64,000 nt of DNA from Nanobdellota archaeon. GTDB taxonomy: Archaea > Aenigmatarchaeota > Aenigmatarchaeia > QMZP01. The translations under genes were made by a program, and so were the position numbers. Numbering within the stretch: position 1 is the stretch's first letter; each line of letters opens with the position of its first letter. Of this stretch, positions 9,086-19,227 are shown one piece after another. The notes beneath the pieces are model-generated. The model was not told the DNA's origin. It saw nothing but the letters and a program-made list of their open reading frames with translations, and ran no database searches. Location: assembly GCA_043814765.1 (NCBI GenBank), contig JBDRJQ010000029.1:1-64000 (forward strand). Direction: 5' to 3'.

Positions 9086-10217
9086 AAAAACTAAAAATGT
9101 TATGTCAGGTGGTCAGGCAGCAGCAGAAGCCATAAAGCTCTGCAAGCCTGAAGTAATTCCTGTTTATCCTATCACACCGCAAACTCCTATTGTTGAATCA
9201 ATTTCTCAAATAGTTGCAGATGGTGGTTTAGATGCTGAAATAATAAACGTGGAATCAGAACATTCAGCAATGGCTGCTGCTATTGGTGCGCAGGCAACTG
9301 GCGTGCAAGCGTACACAGCAACAGCTGGTCAGGGCATGGCTCTGATGCATGAGATGCTATTTGTTGCGTCAGGCATGAGACTTCCTATAGTAATGGGCGT
9401 TTCCAATAGAACTTTATCCGCTCCGTTAAATATTTGGAATGATCAGCAAGATTCCTTTTCAGAGAGAGATTCTGGATGGATTCAGTTATATGTTGAAAAT
9501 GCACAGGAAGTTTTTGATGCTCACATACAGGCATTCAAGATTGCACGTGAAACAGAAACTCCTGTCATGGTGTGCATGGATGGCTTCATTGTTTCACATA
9601 CATACGAACCTATACAGCTTTTAAGCGAAGACGCTGTAAGAAAGTTCCTGCCAAAACATGAAGCTAAAGTTAAACTAGACCCATCAGCACCAGTTACAAT
9701 GGGTCCGGTTGCAACGCCTGAATATTTCATGAGATTCAAAAAGCAACAGCAGGATGCTCTTGAAGAATCAAAGAATGTTATTAAGAAAATTAATCAAGAG
9801 TTTGCTTCCATATCTGGAAGGAGTTATGGCAACGGTTTGATAGAAAAAATAAATATGGAAAATAAAGAGCACGCAATAATCACAATAGGTTCTATAACAG
9901 GTTCTGCTAGAGAGATTGCAGAGAAACTCGGAGTTGGTATAATAAGGGTTAGATGCCTAAGGCCTTTCCCTGCAGAAGATTTAATAGAAGCTTGCAAGAG
10001 CTTAAAATCCATCGGCGTTCTGGAAAAAGACATATCACTAGGCGCAAACGGTGCACTATATGATGAGATAAAATCAGCATTATATTCATTAGAAAACAAA
10101 CCAAAAATTTCTGGTTATATTATAGGTCTTGGTGGAAAACCAATAAGCATTGAAGACATTTCATCAATTATAGAAAAGGTAAAGGATGGTAAAGAAGGTT
10201 CTGAGTGGCTGATGTAG
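9078..10217 (+). CDS. porA: Pyruvate/2-oxoacid:ferredoxin oxidoreductase alpha subunit
   Basis: YPITPQT, ESEHSA, RPFP, GLGG. Confidence 0.95.
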   Translation: MSEKTKNVMSGGQAAAEAIKLCKPEVIPVYPITPQTPIVESISQIVADGGLDAEIINVESEHSAMAAAIGAQATGVQAYTATAGQGMALMHEMLFVASGMRLPIVMGVSNRTLSAPLNIWNDQQDSFSERDSGWIQLYVENAQEVFDAHIQAFKIARETETPVMVCMDGFIVSHTYEPIQLLSEDAVRKFLPKHEAKVKLDPSAPVTMGPVATPEYFMRFKKQQQDALEESKNVIKKINQEFASISGRSYGNGLIEKINMENKEHAIITIGSITGSAREIAEKLGVGIIRVRCLRPFPAEDLIEACKSLKSIGVLEKDISLGANGALYDEIKSALYSLENKPKISGYIIGLGGKPISIEDISSIIEKVKDGKEGSEWLM

Positions 10218-10259
10218 TGGTTTATTTAAAACATACTGATAATTTTTATTTGTGAAACA

Positions 10260-10439
10260 ATGAATTGTAAAAAATGTCCTTATTTTGATACCAAACAGAA
10301 AATGCCAATTAAAGTTCCACAACTAGTAGGTTACTGTAAGCTTCGTGAAAAGTTTGTAGATGAGATGGGTTTGGGTAAACAGTTCTGTAAAGACAAGGCT
10401 GTTATAAACATATCTGCAGATTTTAATAAGAAAGGATAA
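10260..10439 (+). CDS. Small Cys-containing protein (59 aa, absent from ORF track)
   Basis: Manual translation MNCKKCPYF...GYCKLR...FCKD, fills the intergenic gap. Confidence 0.6.
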   Translation: MNCKKCPYFDTKQKMPIKVPQLVGYCKLREKFVDEMGLGKQFCKDKAVINISADFNKKG

Positions 10440-10469
10440 AAAGTAACTATAAAACATTAATGTGATTCT

Positions 10470-11597
10470 ATGTTAGATCTTGCTTTCAAAAACATATTGA
10501 GACAAAGAACCAGAACGTTTCTGACAATATTAGGCATTGTTATAGGCATAGGAGCAATTGTTTCACTGGGTTCCTTATCAGATGGTATAGCAGCATCTGT
10601 GCAAACCGGTTTAGAGGGTAACGCAGGAAAAATAATGGTTCAGGAGAAAGGTTCATCTTCTATGTTCGGTATGTCAATTGGCTCATCTTTAGACGATGAT
10701 GATATAGATGTACTAGAGGCCATACCAGGAGTGAAAAGAGTTGTTCCAATAAACTATTATATGCAGTCTGGTGGGTTTGGTGCACCAGAATGGTTTGCTA
10801 TGGGAATAGATCCAGAAAATATAGATCTTTTCATTGGAGAGAGCATAGAAATGTACGAAGGAAGAACATTGGAAGAAGGTGATTTTGATTCTATAATTGC
10901 AGGAAAGGGTTTAGCGGATAAGTTTAATTTGCAAAAAGGAGATTATTTCCAGATAGGTGGCAAAGATTTTGAAATTATTGGAATAATAGAAGAGACAGGA
11001 AATAGTGATATTGATATTAGTTTTGTTATGTTATTAGAAGATTTATTAGATCTTCTTGAAACTAACAATTACCAAATGATATACGTTATACCAGAGGACA
11101 TAAGAGATGTTGAAGTTCTAGCTGAAGAGATAGAAGATACGGATGATGAACTGGACGCAATGACCAATAAAGACATAGCCAGACAAGCAGGAGAGATAGT
11201 CGGTCAAATAAGAATATTTACAGTTGGCATAGGAGGTATAGCAGCTGTAGTAGGTGGTCTTGGTGTTATGAACACCATGATAATGGCTGTACTAGAGAGG
11301 AGAAAGGAAATAGGTGTGATGAAAGCTATAGGAGCTACAAAAGCCGTTATATTAAAACAATTTCTAACTGAATCAGCAATGATAAGTACTATAGGAGGTT
11401 TAATAGGCTTGTTAATAGCAGCTGTATTAGTTTTTGGAATAGGTTTTGTTTTAACAGGTTTCATAAGGCCAACAATAAGTATTGGACTTGCTTCAGGAAG
11501 TTTATTATTTGCATTATTCTTAGGTGTTGTAGGAGGATTTTATCCTTCATGGAAAGCTGCACAACTTGATCCAGTTGATGCTTTGAGGTATGAGTAA
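10470..11597 (+). CDS. ABC transporter permease (MacB/FtsX family)
   Basis: [39 protein letters not shown]. Confidence 0.94.
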   Translation: MLDLAFKNILRQRTRTFLTILGIVIGIGAIVSLGSLSDGIAASVQTGLEGNAGKIMVQEKGSSSMFGMSIGSSLDDDDIDVLEAIPGVKRVVPINYYMQSGGFGAPEWFAMGIDPENIDLFIGESIEMYEGRTLEEGDFDSIIAGKGLADKFNLQKGDYFQIGGKDFEIIGIIEETGNSDIDISFVMLLEDLLDLLETNNYQMIYVIPEDIRDVEVLAEEIEDTDDELDAMTNKDIARQAGEIVGQIRIFTVGIGGIAAVVGGLGVMNTMIMAVLERRKEIGVMKAIGATKAVILKQFLTESAMISTIGGLIGLLIAAVLVFGIGFVLTGFIRPTISIGLASGSLLFALFLGVVGGFYPSWKAAQLDPVDALRYE

Positions 11598-12282
11598 TAT
11601 GACAAATAAAGCTGTAATTGAGTTGCAAGGAGTAAAGAAGATTTATAATTTAGGATTATCTTCAGAAGTGAGAGTTCTGAAAGGAATAGACCTAAAGATA
11701 AGAGAAGGGGAGATTGTTGCAATAATGGGCCCATCAGGCAGTGGCAAAACAACTCTTCTTGATATAATAGGTTGTTTGATGAAGCCAACAGAAGGTAAAC
11801 TGTTTATAGACGGCAAAGAAACTGGACTAATGGATGATGATGATCTAGCTCATATAAGAGGAGAAAAAATTGGTTTCATATTCCAGCAATATAATCTTGT
11901 ACCGGGTTTAACTGCTCTAGAAAACGTCGAACTCGCTATGAGAATAAACCACAAATCAAAAGATGAAGCTAAAAAGAAAGCAAAAAGTCTTTTGGGGTTG
12001 GTTGGTTTGGGAGACAGATTAAACAACAAGCCTTCTCAATTATCAGGCGGTGAACAACAAAGAGTTGCTATAGCAAGAGCCCTGTCAAACAATCCAAAAA
12101 TTATTCTGGGTGATGAGCTAACTGGCAATCTTGATACAAAGACAGGTGAAATGATGATGGAACTTATAAAGAATTTAAATAAGAAAGAGGGATATACTAT
12201 TATTATAGTAACACATGATTATCATATTGGTAAGCAAACAGAGAGAATAATTAAAATAAAAGATGGAGAATTGGTTAATTGA
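11590..12282 (+). CDS. ABC transporter ATP-binding protein (LolD-like)
   Basis: [27 protein letters not shown]. Confidence 0.95.
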   Translation: MSNMTNKAVIELQGVKKIYNLGLSSEVRVLKGIDLKIREGEIVAIMGPSGSGKTTLLDIIGCLMKPTEGKLFIDGKETGLMDDDDLAHIRGEKIGFIFQQYNLVPGLTALENVELAMRINHKSKDEAKKKAKSLLGLVGLGDRLNNKPSQLSGGEQQRVAIARALSNNPKIILGDELTGNLDTKTGEMMMELIKNLNKKEGYTIIIVTHDYHIGKQTERIIKIKDGELVN

Positions 12283-12286
12283 TTGC

Positions 12287-13447
12287 ATGAAAACTGTTAC
12301 ATTTTTGATGAGTGTATTTTTGATTTCTATAGTATTGTCAAGTACCGTTGTTGCTATAGGAGATGTAGATGTTACTCTGGCTAAACAAACCCCTAACCCA
12401 GCAGAACCTGGAAAAATTCTCGAAGTTCAACTAGAACTGGAGAATAACGAATTTGGTGCACAGTCTGATGTTACAATAGAGTTGATTGAAAAGGATCCCT
12501 TTACACTGCTACCAGGCCAACAAAATAAGAAAAGTTTTGCTAACATAGAAGGCAAATCATCAGTACAGGTAAAATATGATCTTGCTGTTTCTGCTTCAGC
12601 ACCATCAAACGATTATGAACTAGAATTGCATGTATACACAACTTCAAACCCATCAGCATATGTAACAAAGAAGGTTACCATAAATCTTGAAGGTGATGTA
12701 AAACTTATACTAGAAAATGTTGAAACGGTCCCAGTAAATATAGAACCGGGCGGAATGGTTGACATAATAACTGACATAAAAAATGTTGGTACAGGCGCTG
12801 TAACGAATATGGAGCTTACTCTTAATTTCAGTTCTTCTGCTCTGGTACCTATTCTAGCAAAAGGTTCTGTTTATTTAGACAATCTTGGTGTTGGCGAAAC
12901 TAAACAAGCAACATTCCGTTTAAGCGTAGACACAGCTGCTGAATACAAGACTTACATAGGAACATTAACAGCTAATTATGATGATAGTTTCGGTGTTAGT
13001 AGATTCAACACTTTCACTTTAGGAGTGCCTGTTGCGGGCTCAATAAAATTAGAAATAATAAAAATAGAGCCGATTTATGACAGAGATGTGTTGAGAATCC
13101 AGTTAGTCAACAAGGGCACAGCAGAAGCCAAGTCTCTGGAGGCCAAACTGTACATAAACGATAAATTAGTTGATGTGGAATATGTTAGCTTATTGAAAGA
13201 GAATAAACAAACTACGCTAGATTATCCACTTATTCTTCGGGGTAGCGGAGAACTGGTAATAAACTATATTGGACCCAACCTGGAAAGGATAGAAGTTAGA
13301 AAAGATGTTGTTCTCAATTATGGAGATCCTAGAGTAGCTGGTACTATTGGTAATCTTGTCTTCCTAGTAATTGTATTGATAATGTTCTACTTCTTTATAT
13401 GGAAAAGGTATTTGGGTAAACATTTTGGGCATAAACATCATAAATAA
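12287..13447 (+). CDS. S-layer-domain (COG1361-like) membrane-anchored protein
   Basis: Signal peptide, PNPAEPG and NxGTxxA Ig-like repeats, C-terminal TM; usual neighbour of this ABC type in archaea. Confidence 0.75.
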   Translation: MKTVTFLMSVFLISIVLSSTVVAIGDVDVTLAKQTPNPAEPGKILEVQLELENNEFGAQSDVTIELIEKDPFTLLPGQQNKKSFANIEGKSSVQVKYDLAVSASAPSNDYELELHVYTTSNPSAYVTKKVTINLEGDVKLILENVETVPVNIEPGGMVDIITDIKNVGTGAVTNMELTLNFSSSALVPILAKGSVYLDNLGVGETKQATFRLSVDTAAEYKTYIGTLTANYDDSFGVSRFNTFTLGVPVAGSIKLEIIKIEPIYDRDVLRIQLVNKGTAEAKSLEAKLYINDKLVDVEYVSLLKENKQTTLDYPLILRGSGELVINYIGPNLERIEVRKDVVLNYGDPRVAGTIGNLVFLVIVLIMFYFFIWKRYLGKHFGHKHHK

Positions 13448-13477
13448 AACAAAAACAAATTATTATTAGGAGTTTTT

Positions 13478-14107
13478 ATGCGTTTATTTAATTTGGGTAG
13501 AATTACAATATCTTTGATTATAATAAATTTTGTAATGTATACTCTACAAATTCTTTTAGGTGATTGGTTTACTAAACTATTTTCTCTAACGCCAGCCCTA
13601 GCTTTTGACGGCGCTTATTGGCAGTTCATAACATACATGTTCATGCACTCACCAAGCTATATCCCCCACATAATGCTGAACATGTTTGTTTTGCTGATAT
13701 TCGGCATAAGGGTTGAACAGACTCTGGGCGAAAGAAACTTCATAATACTTTACATACTCGCGGGTCTTGGTTCTGCAGGACTGTTTATGTTCATAGACGG
13801 ATTTGCTTCAACCACCATGTTATTGGGCGCATCCGGAGCTGTGTTCGGTGTTTTAGCCGTGTACGCTTTCCTGTTTCCAAGAGATATTATTTGGTTATAT
13901 TTCATTCCTATGCCAGCAATAATGGTTTTGGTACTTCTTGCTGGATGGGAATTGCTATCGGGTCTTCTTGCCTTGCAAGTGGGCATAGCTAATTTCGGCC
14001 ACCTTGGCGGAATAATAGTCGGAGCTATCTTTGCTGTGTATTATAGACAAACTCATAAGAAAAAGAAATCAAAGGGATTTGAAGATGTTGAATTTGTATG
14101 GGAATAG
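13478..14107 (+). CDS. Rhomboid intramembrane serine protease
   Basis: WQFITYMFMH, HIMLNM, GASG, GHLGG. Confidence 0.95.
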   Translation: MRLFNLGRITISLIIINFVMYTLQILLGDWFTKLFSLTPALAFDGAYWQFITYMFMHSPSYIPHIMLNMFVLLIFGIRVEQTLGERNFIILYILAGLGSAGLFMFIDGFASTTMLLGASGAVFGVLAVYAFLFPRDIIWLYFIPMPAIMVLVLLAGWELLSGLLALQVGIANFGHLGGIIVGAIFAVYYRQTHKKKKSKGFEDVEFVWE

Positions 14108-14156
14108 GAAACTGAAACCTCTTATGAACTTGCAAACTGGTTCCTATAACCTTCAA

Positions 14157-14606
14157 TTAGAGGGAACCGATAATTATTATGTTTATTGCTAGATGAATTA
14201 TTCCTGCTAAGACCCCCGCAACATACACTCTTTCTATTCTAACTGGTTTTGGTATTGCATTATATCTCTTCAGTCTTTCCACTATATAATTCACTTTTTC
14301 TACATTTTTTAATGATGCAGGGTGTGGAAGCCAAGTGAAATGTTTCAGCAAAGCCAAATTTATCAAAACAACATCTATGATAACTAAGAATATGGGAAAA
14401 ATTAAGACGCCTACTGTATGCGTTACTAACATTAAATTCTCTAAATTGGTTACTCCTAATGGAGCAAACCACAACATCGGTATGTCTGGAAAAAAAGATG
14501 CCATCCATCCCCAAAGAGGGACGGATTTGTTTTTGTATATGGTATAGGTAACCAGAACTGTTAGCAAACCACTAACTATACTGATAACAGTATGAAAAAG
14601 TACCAT
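14157..14606 (-). CDS. Hypothetical membrane protein (weak similarity to membrane metal-dependent hydrolases)
   Basis: Hydrophobic, with H..FPD..TH..H pattern. Confidence 0.6.
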   Translation of the reverse strand: MVLFHTVISIVSGLLTVLVTYTIYKNKSVPLWGWMASFFPDIPMLWFAPLGVTNLENLMLVTHTVGVLIFPIFLVIIDVVLINLALLKHFTWLPHPASLKNVEKVNYIVERLKRYNAIPKPVRIERVYVAGVLAGIIHLAINIIIIGSL

Positions 14607-14639
14607 AATTTATAATTGGCTAAATAGATATAATATATT

Positions 14640-15971
14640 ATGTTAAAAACCAGAAATTACGTTTACATTCTCATATCAATCGCTATTCTTTTAGTAACTC
14701 TTGCGTTGGATATGCCCATTCCGTTTCAGGCTAAGGTGGTTTTGGCTATAACACTTTTCACAGGTGTGATGTGGCTTACAGAAGCGCTGCCACTGCACAT
14801 AACAGGTATGTTTGCAGCATTTTTACTAGTTGTTTGCGGAGGGTTTTCTGCAGAGCAGGTTTTTCACCCGTTTTTTGACCCTATAATGGTTTTGCTTTTA
14901 GGTGGTTTTGTTTTGGCTGTTGGCATGCAGAAGCATAAACTTGATGAGTTCATGGCTCTCAATTTCTTAAACAGATTTGGTAACGATCCCAAATTTGTTC
15001 TTTTAGGCATTATGTCAATAACAGCATTTCTTTCACTTTGGATAACCAACACAGCTTCAACATTAATCATGCTTCCTATAGTAATATCCATCTTGAAATA
15101 CAACGGACTGAAAGCACTCAGATCCAGTTATGGAAAGGCAATGGTTCTTGGCGTTGCTTTCGCTGCAACAATTGGAGGTATCGGAACAATAATAGGAAGC
15201 ACGCCAAACGCAATAGCAGTTAAGTTTTTAGCAGATCAAGGAGTGATACTTAATTTCTTGGACTGGATGGCATTTGGAATTCCGATAGTTATTATAATGA
15301 TTCCAATAACGTGGCTTCTTTTGATTTATGTATTCAAACCGGAAATAAAACATTTACATGTAAAAAAATTCAAAAAGAAGATCACAAAGAATCAGAAAAT
15401 AGTACTAGGCATATTCTTGGTTACTGTTGTTCTCTGGTTAACTACTGCTGTTCATGGAATAACAGCTTCTGTAATTTCTGTGGTTCCAATAATTCTGCTA
15501 TATCTTTTTGGAATGTTAAGGGGTAAAGATTTTTCAAAAGTTAACTGGGCTGCTCTTATATTATTTGGTAGTGGATTGAGTGTCGGCGTAGCAATACATA
15601 ATAGCGGTCTTGATTCAATAATAGCATCCACGTTGAGCACCATGATGGTTGGTCAGCCAATTATCATAATATTATTTGCTGTTGTTATTATTGGCGTGCT
15701 GCTTACCGCAATAGCCAGCAACACTGCAGCAGCTGCAATGTTTGTACCTATAATAATGCCTTTGGCTGCAGCGTTTGGCATAGATATCATTCCTCTGACA
15801 ATTTTAGCTGCGATAGCGGTTTCGCTGGATATGATAGTTCCAGTTGGTACTCCGCCAAACACCATAGCATATTCAAGTGGATATATTAAAATGAAAGACA
15901 TGGTAAAAGCGGGTACGATAATAACTGCAATAACCATGTTTGTGCTTGTGGGGCTGTTCTTTTTGTGGTAA
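14640..15971 (+). CDS. DASS/SLC13 sodium:anion symporter
   Basis: WITNTAS, IGSTPN, SNTAA, PVGTPPN. Confidence 0.94.
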   Translation: MLKTRNYVYILISIAILLVTLALDMPIPFQAKVVLAITLFTGVMWLTEALPLHITGMFAAFLLVVCGGFSAEQVFHPFFDPIMVLLLGGFVLAVGMQKHKLDEFMALNFLNRFGNDPKFVLLGIMSITAFLSLWITNTASTLIMLPIVISILKYNGLKALRSSYGKAMVLGVAFAATIGGIGTIIGSTPNAIAVKFLADQGVILNFLDWMAFGIPIVIIMIPITWLLLIYVFKPEIKHLHVKKFKKKITKNQKIVLGIFLVTVVLWLTTAVHGITASVISVVPIILLYLFGMLRGKDFSKVNWAALILFGSGLSVGVAIHNSGLDSIIASTLSTMMVGQPIIIILFAVVIIGVLLTAIASNTAAAAMFVPIIMPLAAAFGIDIIPLTILAAIAVSLDMIVPVGTPPNTIAYSSGYIKMKDMVKAGTIITAITMFVLVGLFFLW

Positions 15972-16003
15972 GTTATATAAACCACACAGTCTATTTATAG
16001 TCT

Positions 16004-16162
16004 ATGAAATGCAACAGCTGCGGAAAAAGAGTAGAAGCAGAAGCTTTTTGGGTAGAATTTGCCTGCCCTAGTTGCGGAAAGGAGAAGATAATCCGCTGTG
16101 AAAAATGCAAAAAACAGGGCAATCAGTACAAATGCTCTAAGTGTGGGTTCACTGGACCTTAA
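16004..16162 (+). CDS. Zn-ribbon RNA-binding protein (DUF1610/HVO_2753-like, 52 aa, absent from ORF track)
   Basis: Four CxxC pairs ending CSKCGFTGP, directly upstream of EF-1beta as is conserved in archaea. Confidence 0.9.
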   Translation: MKCNSCGKRVEAEAFWVEFACPSCGKEKIIRCEKCKKQGNQYKCSKCGFTGP

Positions 16163-16203
16163 CAGCTGTTAACTGAGATCTAATGAAGTTAAAGGATGAT
16201 AAT

Positions 16204-16455
16204 ATGGGAGATGTTATTCTTGTTTACAAAATAATGCCTGACTGTCCGGATTCTTTTGATAAAGTTAAAAAGGCGTTAGAAGAGCTTAAGCCTGTAAGGC
16301 TTGAAGAAGAGCCGATTGCTTTTGGATTAAAGGCGTTTAAATTTACTACCATAGTACCTGACCAAGGCGGTTTAGTAGAAGAACTTGAAAGGAAACTTGA
16401 GAGTATAGAAGGTGTTCAAAGCGTAGAAAACATAATGACATCATTGAGTTTGTGA
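16204..16455 (+). CDS. ef1b: Elongation factor 1-beta
   Basis: KIMP and EEPIAFGLKA. Confidence 0.93.
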   Translation: MGDVILVYKIMPDCPDSFDKVKKALEELKPVRLEEEPIAFGLKAFKFTTIVPDQGGLVEELERKLESIEGVQSVENIMTSLSL

Positions 16456-16461
16456 TTTTAA

Positions 16462-16854
16462 TCATTTCTTCTTGTCTTTTTTCTTAGGTTTATCTTTCTT
16501 CTTTTCTTCCTTTTTAGGCTCTTCTTTCTTTTCACGCTTGGCTTTTTTATCTGCTTTCTCGTCTTTCATTTTTTTTAGCGCAGCCAGATCAGGTTTTTTT
16601 ATCTTCAGTTTTTCGTATAAATTATCCTTATCAAAATGCTTAACTATTTCGCTATCTGAAGCATCAGAAGAAATATTAATCTTTTCTGAAATAGGCTCTA
16701 AATGGTTAATATTGCATCTTCTTCTCTTAACATCAGTTATCTCTTTAGGGCCAGTTACCATTACAAAGCCTGAGTCAACCTTTTTTACAATTACGCAATA
16801 TCTTCCTGCTTCTCTTCCAGCTGTTTTCACACAGACTCTTCCAACTTCGTACAT
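16462..16854 (-). CDS. rpl14e: 50S ribosomal protein L14e with Lys/Glu-rich tail
   Basis: EVGRVCVKTAGREAG and KRRRCNINHLEP. Confidence 0.95.
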   Translation of the reverse strand: MYEVGRVCVKTAGREAGRYCVIVKKVDSGFVMVTGPKEITDVKRRRCNINHLEPISEKINISSDASDSEIVKHFDKDNLYEKLKIKKPDLAALKKMKDEKADKKAKREKKEEPKKEEKKKDKPKKKDKKK

Positions 16855-16880
16855 ATTATCATCCTATGAACGTTTAACAT

Positions 16881-17156
16881 TTAAACCTTTCCCTTAAAGA
16901 CGTCTTGACTTACCCTTTTCTTTGCGCAGGTTGCACAAAGGTTTCCGCCATAAGCTCTTGTTGGTCTTTTGACGCTCTTTGCGGCGTTCTTTATTTTTGC
17001 AATAGATCCACTATTCACTCCCTTTAATGGCTTCTTGCATGTAGCGCATTTGGCGACAGAAGGATCCTTTCTTTTATAGTGTATTATATATCCTCCTCCT
17101 GGCAGTCTTTTCTTTATCTTTTTTAGGAAAGTAGTTCTCAATCCTGGTCGTGGCAT
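16881..17156 (-). CDS. rpl34e: 50S ribosomal protein L34e
   Basis: MPRP..R, CATC, KRPTRAYGGNLCATC. Confidence 0.95.
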   Translation of the reverse strand: MPRPGLRTTFLKKIKKRLPGGGYIIHYKRKDPSVAKCATCKKPLKGVNSGSIAKIKNAAKSVKRPTRAYGGNLCATCAKKRVSQDVFKGKV

Positions 17157-17254
17157 ATAATCACTTGTCTCCTTTTTATTTATTATATAATTATTTTTTA
17201 TTTGCTTTTAAGCTATTCTATGCGCTAAAGTATATGTCTTAGACTAAGATATGA

Positions 17255-18454
17255 CTAGAGGTTTAAAAAACTATCTATGCGGCTCTGAGATAGTATTTTG
17301 CTTATTTTTATGTAGTTGTTTATAGATATCTTAAGTTTTGGTTTTACGTATTCCAAAGCTTCTTGCGAAGTGTTGAATTTTTTTGGTCTTTGTTTCATGG
17401 CATTCCTAACATTCTCTCTAACCTGCCAAACTCCTAAAGGAATATTATATCCTTCATGAATCTCTCTAAAAACTACCACCCTAGACTGCTTGCGCATTGA
17501 ATCTAAGGCCTCAGTCACAGCAATCCTTGCTGCATAATAGCCTCCAGCTTCACTCTCCGCGTACTTAGTTCTTCCTTTGAAGGATTCGTACTCTTGGAGT
17601 ATACCCCAGTCCTTTTTTTGACCGTACCACTGAGAATCAGGCGTCCAAGCTTCAAAATTCTCATACTCCCAGTTTCCTGGACACATTAAAATTATGAAAT
17701 GGTTGTCAAGAAAATATGACTCGTAAACCAGGTATTCGTTTAATTGAGGATACTCTCTTATTTTTTTCATCAGCTCTTTTGCTATTATATCATCAACAGC
17801 AGTAATGGAATAGCGTGTCGGCACTAATTTCTTGTTTTTTTCCATGCCCATGACTCCAGAGGAAAGTATTGTTGATACTTTGTAAACATCTTGACCAGTC
17901 TTATACAACCTGAAACTTGCTTCAGCAGCTTTCAAATCATCGCTTACTATGCAATCAACCTTCTTTGGTATCTTTGGATTCTCTGCTATCTTCATCTTTT
18001 CAATATCTCCGCTTGGACCCATTGGCTGAACATACTGTGAAAAACTAATTCTGTAAAAAGGCTTTTTCTTGAATGACATCTCCACATCAGTGGTATTAGC
18101 CATTGCAAGATCTTGCATGTCACTAACAAACTTTGATTTAGAGAATATGTTCTGATCATTTTTTGATCTAATCAAACCTCCCCGAAGTTTTATTATTTCA
18201 CCGTAATCCATTCCAAACCAACTGCTGGGCTTGTCCATGATAGGATTCCTTTCCATGCCTATCATGGGTCCAACAAAGACGTTCGGATAACCGTAGCTTC
18301 CAACAAACACTGAGTATGTCGGACCAAAGACATCCTTTGTTAGCTTTAGGTCTTTTGGCTGAATCATATAGTTAGAAAGTATGTCACATCTTCTCTGTTC
18401 TGCTGGCGTATGAAATTTCTTGCATTTTTTACAGAACAACTTCTGAGAAATCAT
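17255..18454 (-). CDS. nreA: Nre family DNA repair protein
   Basis: VFVGSYGYP, LVPTRYSITAVD, GGYYAAR, PLGVWQVRE and C-terminal PIP box QSRIDSF. Confidence 0.92.
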   Translation of the reverse strand: MISQKLFCKKCKKFHTPAEQRRCDILSNYMIQPKDLKLTKDVFGPTYSVFVGSYGYPNVFVGPMIGMERNPIMDKPSSWFGMDYGEIIKLRGGLIRSKNDQNIFSKSKFVSDMQDLAMANTTDVEMSFKKKPFYRISFSQYVQPMGPSGDIEKMKIAENPKIPKKVDCIVSDDLKAAEASFRLYKTGQDVYKVSTILSSGVMGMEKNKKLVPTRYSITAVDDIIAKELMKKIREYPQLNEYLVYESYFLDNHFIILMCPGNWEYENFEAWTPDSQWYGQKKDWGILQEYESFKGRTKYAESEAGGYYAARIAVTEALDSMRKQSRVVVFREIHEGYNIPLGVWQVRENVRNAMKQRPKKFNTSQEALEYVKPKLKISINNYIKISKILSQSRIDSFLNL

Positions 18455-18518
18455 ATTAGAATTTTAAATAAAGTATTTAAAAGAAAGTCTATAGTTAATA
18501 ATAACTGTTGGTATGTAT

Positions 18519-19202
18519 ATGAGCGAAAAATGTCCCAGGTGCAGAGCAGAAACAAAGAAGGAATGGAATTACTGTCCTGAATGCGGTTATGTGTTCAGTA
18601 ATCAAATAGGATTCAACATCTTTAGTGATAAGTTTTTTGATCAAATATTCACTAAAATGAGAAATCAAATGAAGGATATGGATAAAGTGTTCGATAAAGA
18701 ATTTGAGGTTCGTGACTTAACTCCACTTTTCAAAAATGCGCAAAAGAAGGGTTCTGGTTTTACAATAAAAATAGTTAGAGAAAACGATAGCAAGCCTAAA
18801 ATCTCTATTAAACCTTTTGGAAACGTTAACAAGGAAGATATCACAAGAGAGATATCAGAGCATCTAAATGATCTGGGTATAGAACAACCAATTGCTAGTG
18901 AAATAACAAATGAGCCAAAAAAAGAGAAAAGCTTCTGGCCATTTGGAAGAGACAAATTTCCTAAAACAACAGAGGAGCCAAAAGCTGAAGTCGTTACAAC
19001 ACCTGTCAATGTTTCTGTTGATGTGAAGCTGCCGGACGTAAAGGAAATCAAGGACATAGAAGTCAAAGATCTTGAAAATTCAATAGAAGTAAAGGCAGTG
19101 TCTGGTGACAAAGCATATTTCAAGATACTCACGAAACCCTCACAGTTCAGGCTGAAAAGCAAGACTTTTGAAAAAGGTGTGTTACATTTGGAGTTTGCAT
19201 AA
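18519..19202 (+). CDS. Zinc-ribbon protein with C-terminal Hsp20-like domain
   Basis: CPRC..CPECG N-terminus; EEP...LPDV...F.KGVL C-terminus. Confidence 0.75.
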   Translation: MSEKCPRCRAETKKEWNYCPECGYVFSNQIGFNIFSDKFFDQIFTKMRNQMKDMDKVFDKEFEVRDLTPLFKNAQKKGSGFTIKIVRENDSKPKISIKPFGNVNKEDITREISEHLNDLGIEQPIASEITNEPKKEKSFWPFGRDKFPKTTEEPKAEVVTTPVNVSVDVKLPDVKEIKDIEVKDLENSIEVKAVSGDKAYFKILTKPSQFRLKSKTFEKGVLHLEFA

Positions 19203-19227
19203 ATAAATAAAAGCACAATAATAATAT

